Origin: Octopus sinensis | Taxonomy: Eukaryota | Assembly: GCF_006345805.1 (NCBI RefSeq) | Contig: NC_043020.1 | Location: 19,592,001 to 19,656,000, forward strand | DNA: 64,000 nt | Reading direction: 5' to 3' | Part shown: positions 63,133-64,000 of the stretch, piece after piece | Numbering within the stretch: the first letter of the stretch is position 1 | Layout of the letters: every line of letters begins with the position of its first letter | Translations under genes and position numbers: made by a program | The notes under the pieces: generated by a model | Databases searched by the model: none | What the model was told of the DNA's origin: nothing | The model's input: the letters and a program-made list of their open reading frames with translations, nothing else

Positions 63133-63186
63133 CATGGCTGATTTCAGTGTTGGAGAATCCATTCCTTCCATCAATGAAATCTCTCC
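63133..63186 (-). CDS. COG6: COG6 internal exon (GEISLMEGMDSPTLKSAM); upstream exons lie beyond the window
   Basis: ttttacag / ATG|gtagct; 54 nt; aligns to human GSLANMPNLDSVTLKAAM. Confidence 0.88.
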
Positions 63187-64000
63187 CTGTAAAAGAGATA
63201 AAGAAATACACAAATAAATTTCAACAAGAATGTTAATGGACTCAAATAGAAACAGGTCTTATTACTAAAATGGAAGTTTCTCTGATACTCAACCTCAAAA
63301 ATCATCTTCTCATATTACACACTGAATATAGAATTGAGTTGTCGAATTAAAGGCAGTGAGCTGGCAGAATTGTTAGCATGCTGTGCAAAATACATAATGG
63401 CATTTCAGTGGTATTTCATCTGTCTTTGATCCTTTCAGGGTCAATAAAATAAGTACCAGTCAAGCACTGGGGTTGATGCCATCAACTTACCCCCGTCCCC
63501 CGAAATTACTGACTTTGTACTAAAATTTGAAACCAATGTTTGTCAAGCTATCACAATTTGAACATTACTTTTAATGATTTGCCCAGAAGGAAGTTGTGGC
63601 AACCATTACTATCACTGACTTTTCAAGATAGGCAAGGTTGATGTAGTTGATGTCTCACTCGAAAATAACAACCATGAGAGCTGGAGAAAAGAGTGGATTC
63701 AGTGCTTAGTGTAGGGCCTACAAGGGTGAGTTTGGTTCAGGACCAGCAAGATAAAGACACTACGATAGCAGCAGAAAAGGTGGAATGAGGAAAGTCTGTG
63801 AGTCAGAGGTTTAAGTATGTTTAATCAATTGGGTGGGTGACCTTTCTGGGTGGGGATGCAATCTAGAATATCTGTGTATTCACTTCAGATGTGGGTCCTA
63901 TTTGAAAACCTCACAGAATATTTATAAAGGTTTAAGGACATCCAGCTGTAGATACCATACCAAAACAGAGTGAAGCTTGGTGCAGCCCTCCTCCAGCTTA

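Overview
AT-rich, microsatellite- and repeat-dense animal genomic DNA. The SINE, RTE and MITE families look like those of Octopus; this species call is from recall, not a search. Two convergent host genes are supported. TSG101 (ESCRT-I/Vps23) lies on + with 10 clean GT-AG coding exons at 11438-41091 encoding 428 aa, but its first exon is ambiguous. The last three coding exons of COG6 lie on - at 58272-63186, and that gene continues beyond the window. The rest is mostly mobile DNA: a 3.0-kb foldback element with ~1.2-kb inverted arms and an 8-bp target-site duplication just upstream of TSG101, dead mariner, hAT(Buster) and piggyBac copies, a Helitron-like element, RTE fragments, many SINEs and a U6 pseudogene. 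The most interesting region is 43072-48975, between the two gene ends. It is a cluster of non-coding repeats joined at (TA)n tracts that carries type I hammerhead ribozyme motifs of three different sequence families. These are a 3.5 x 600-bp tandem array with two intact GUC hammerheads, an inverted pair of GUA hammerheads, and a 1.3-kb tandem duplication with a degenerate one. The cluster resembles retrozymes or Penelope-like non-autonomous retroelements and could yield ~599-nt self-cleaved or circular RNAs. All coordinates and pairings were read by hand; nothing was computed or searched.
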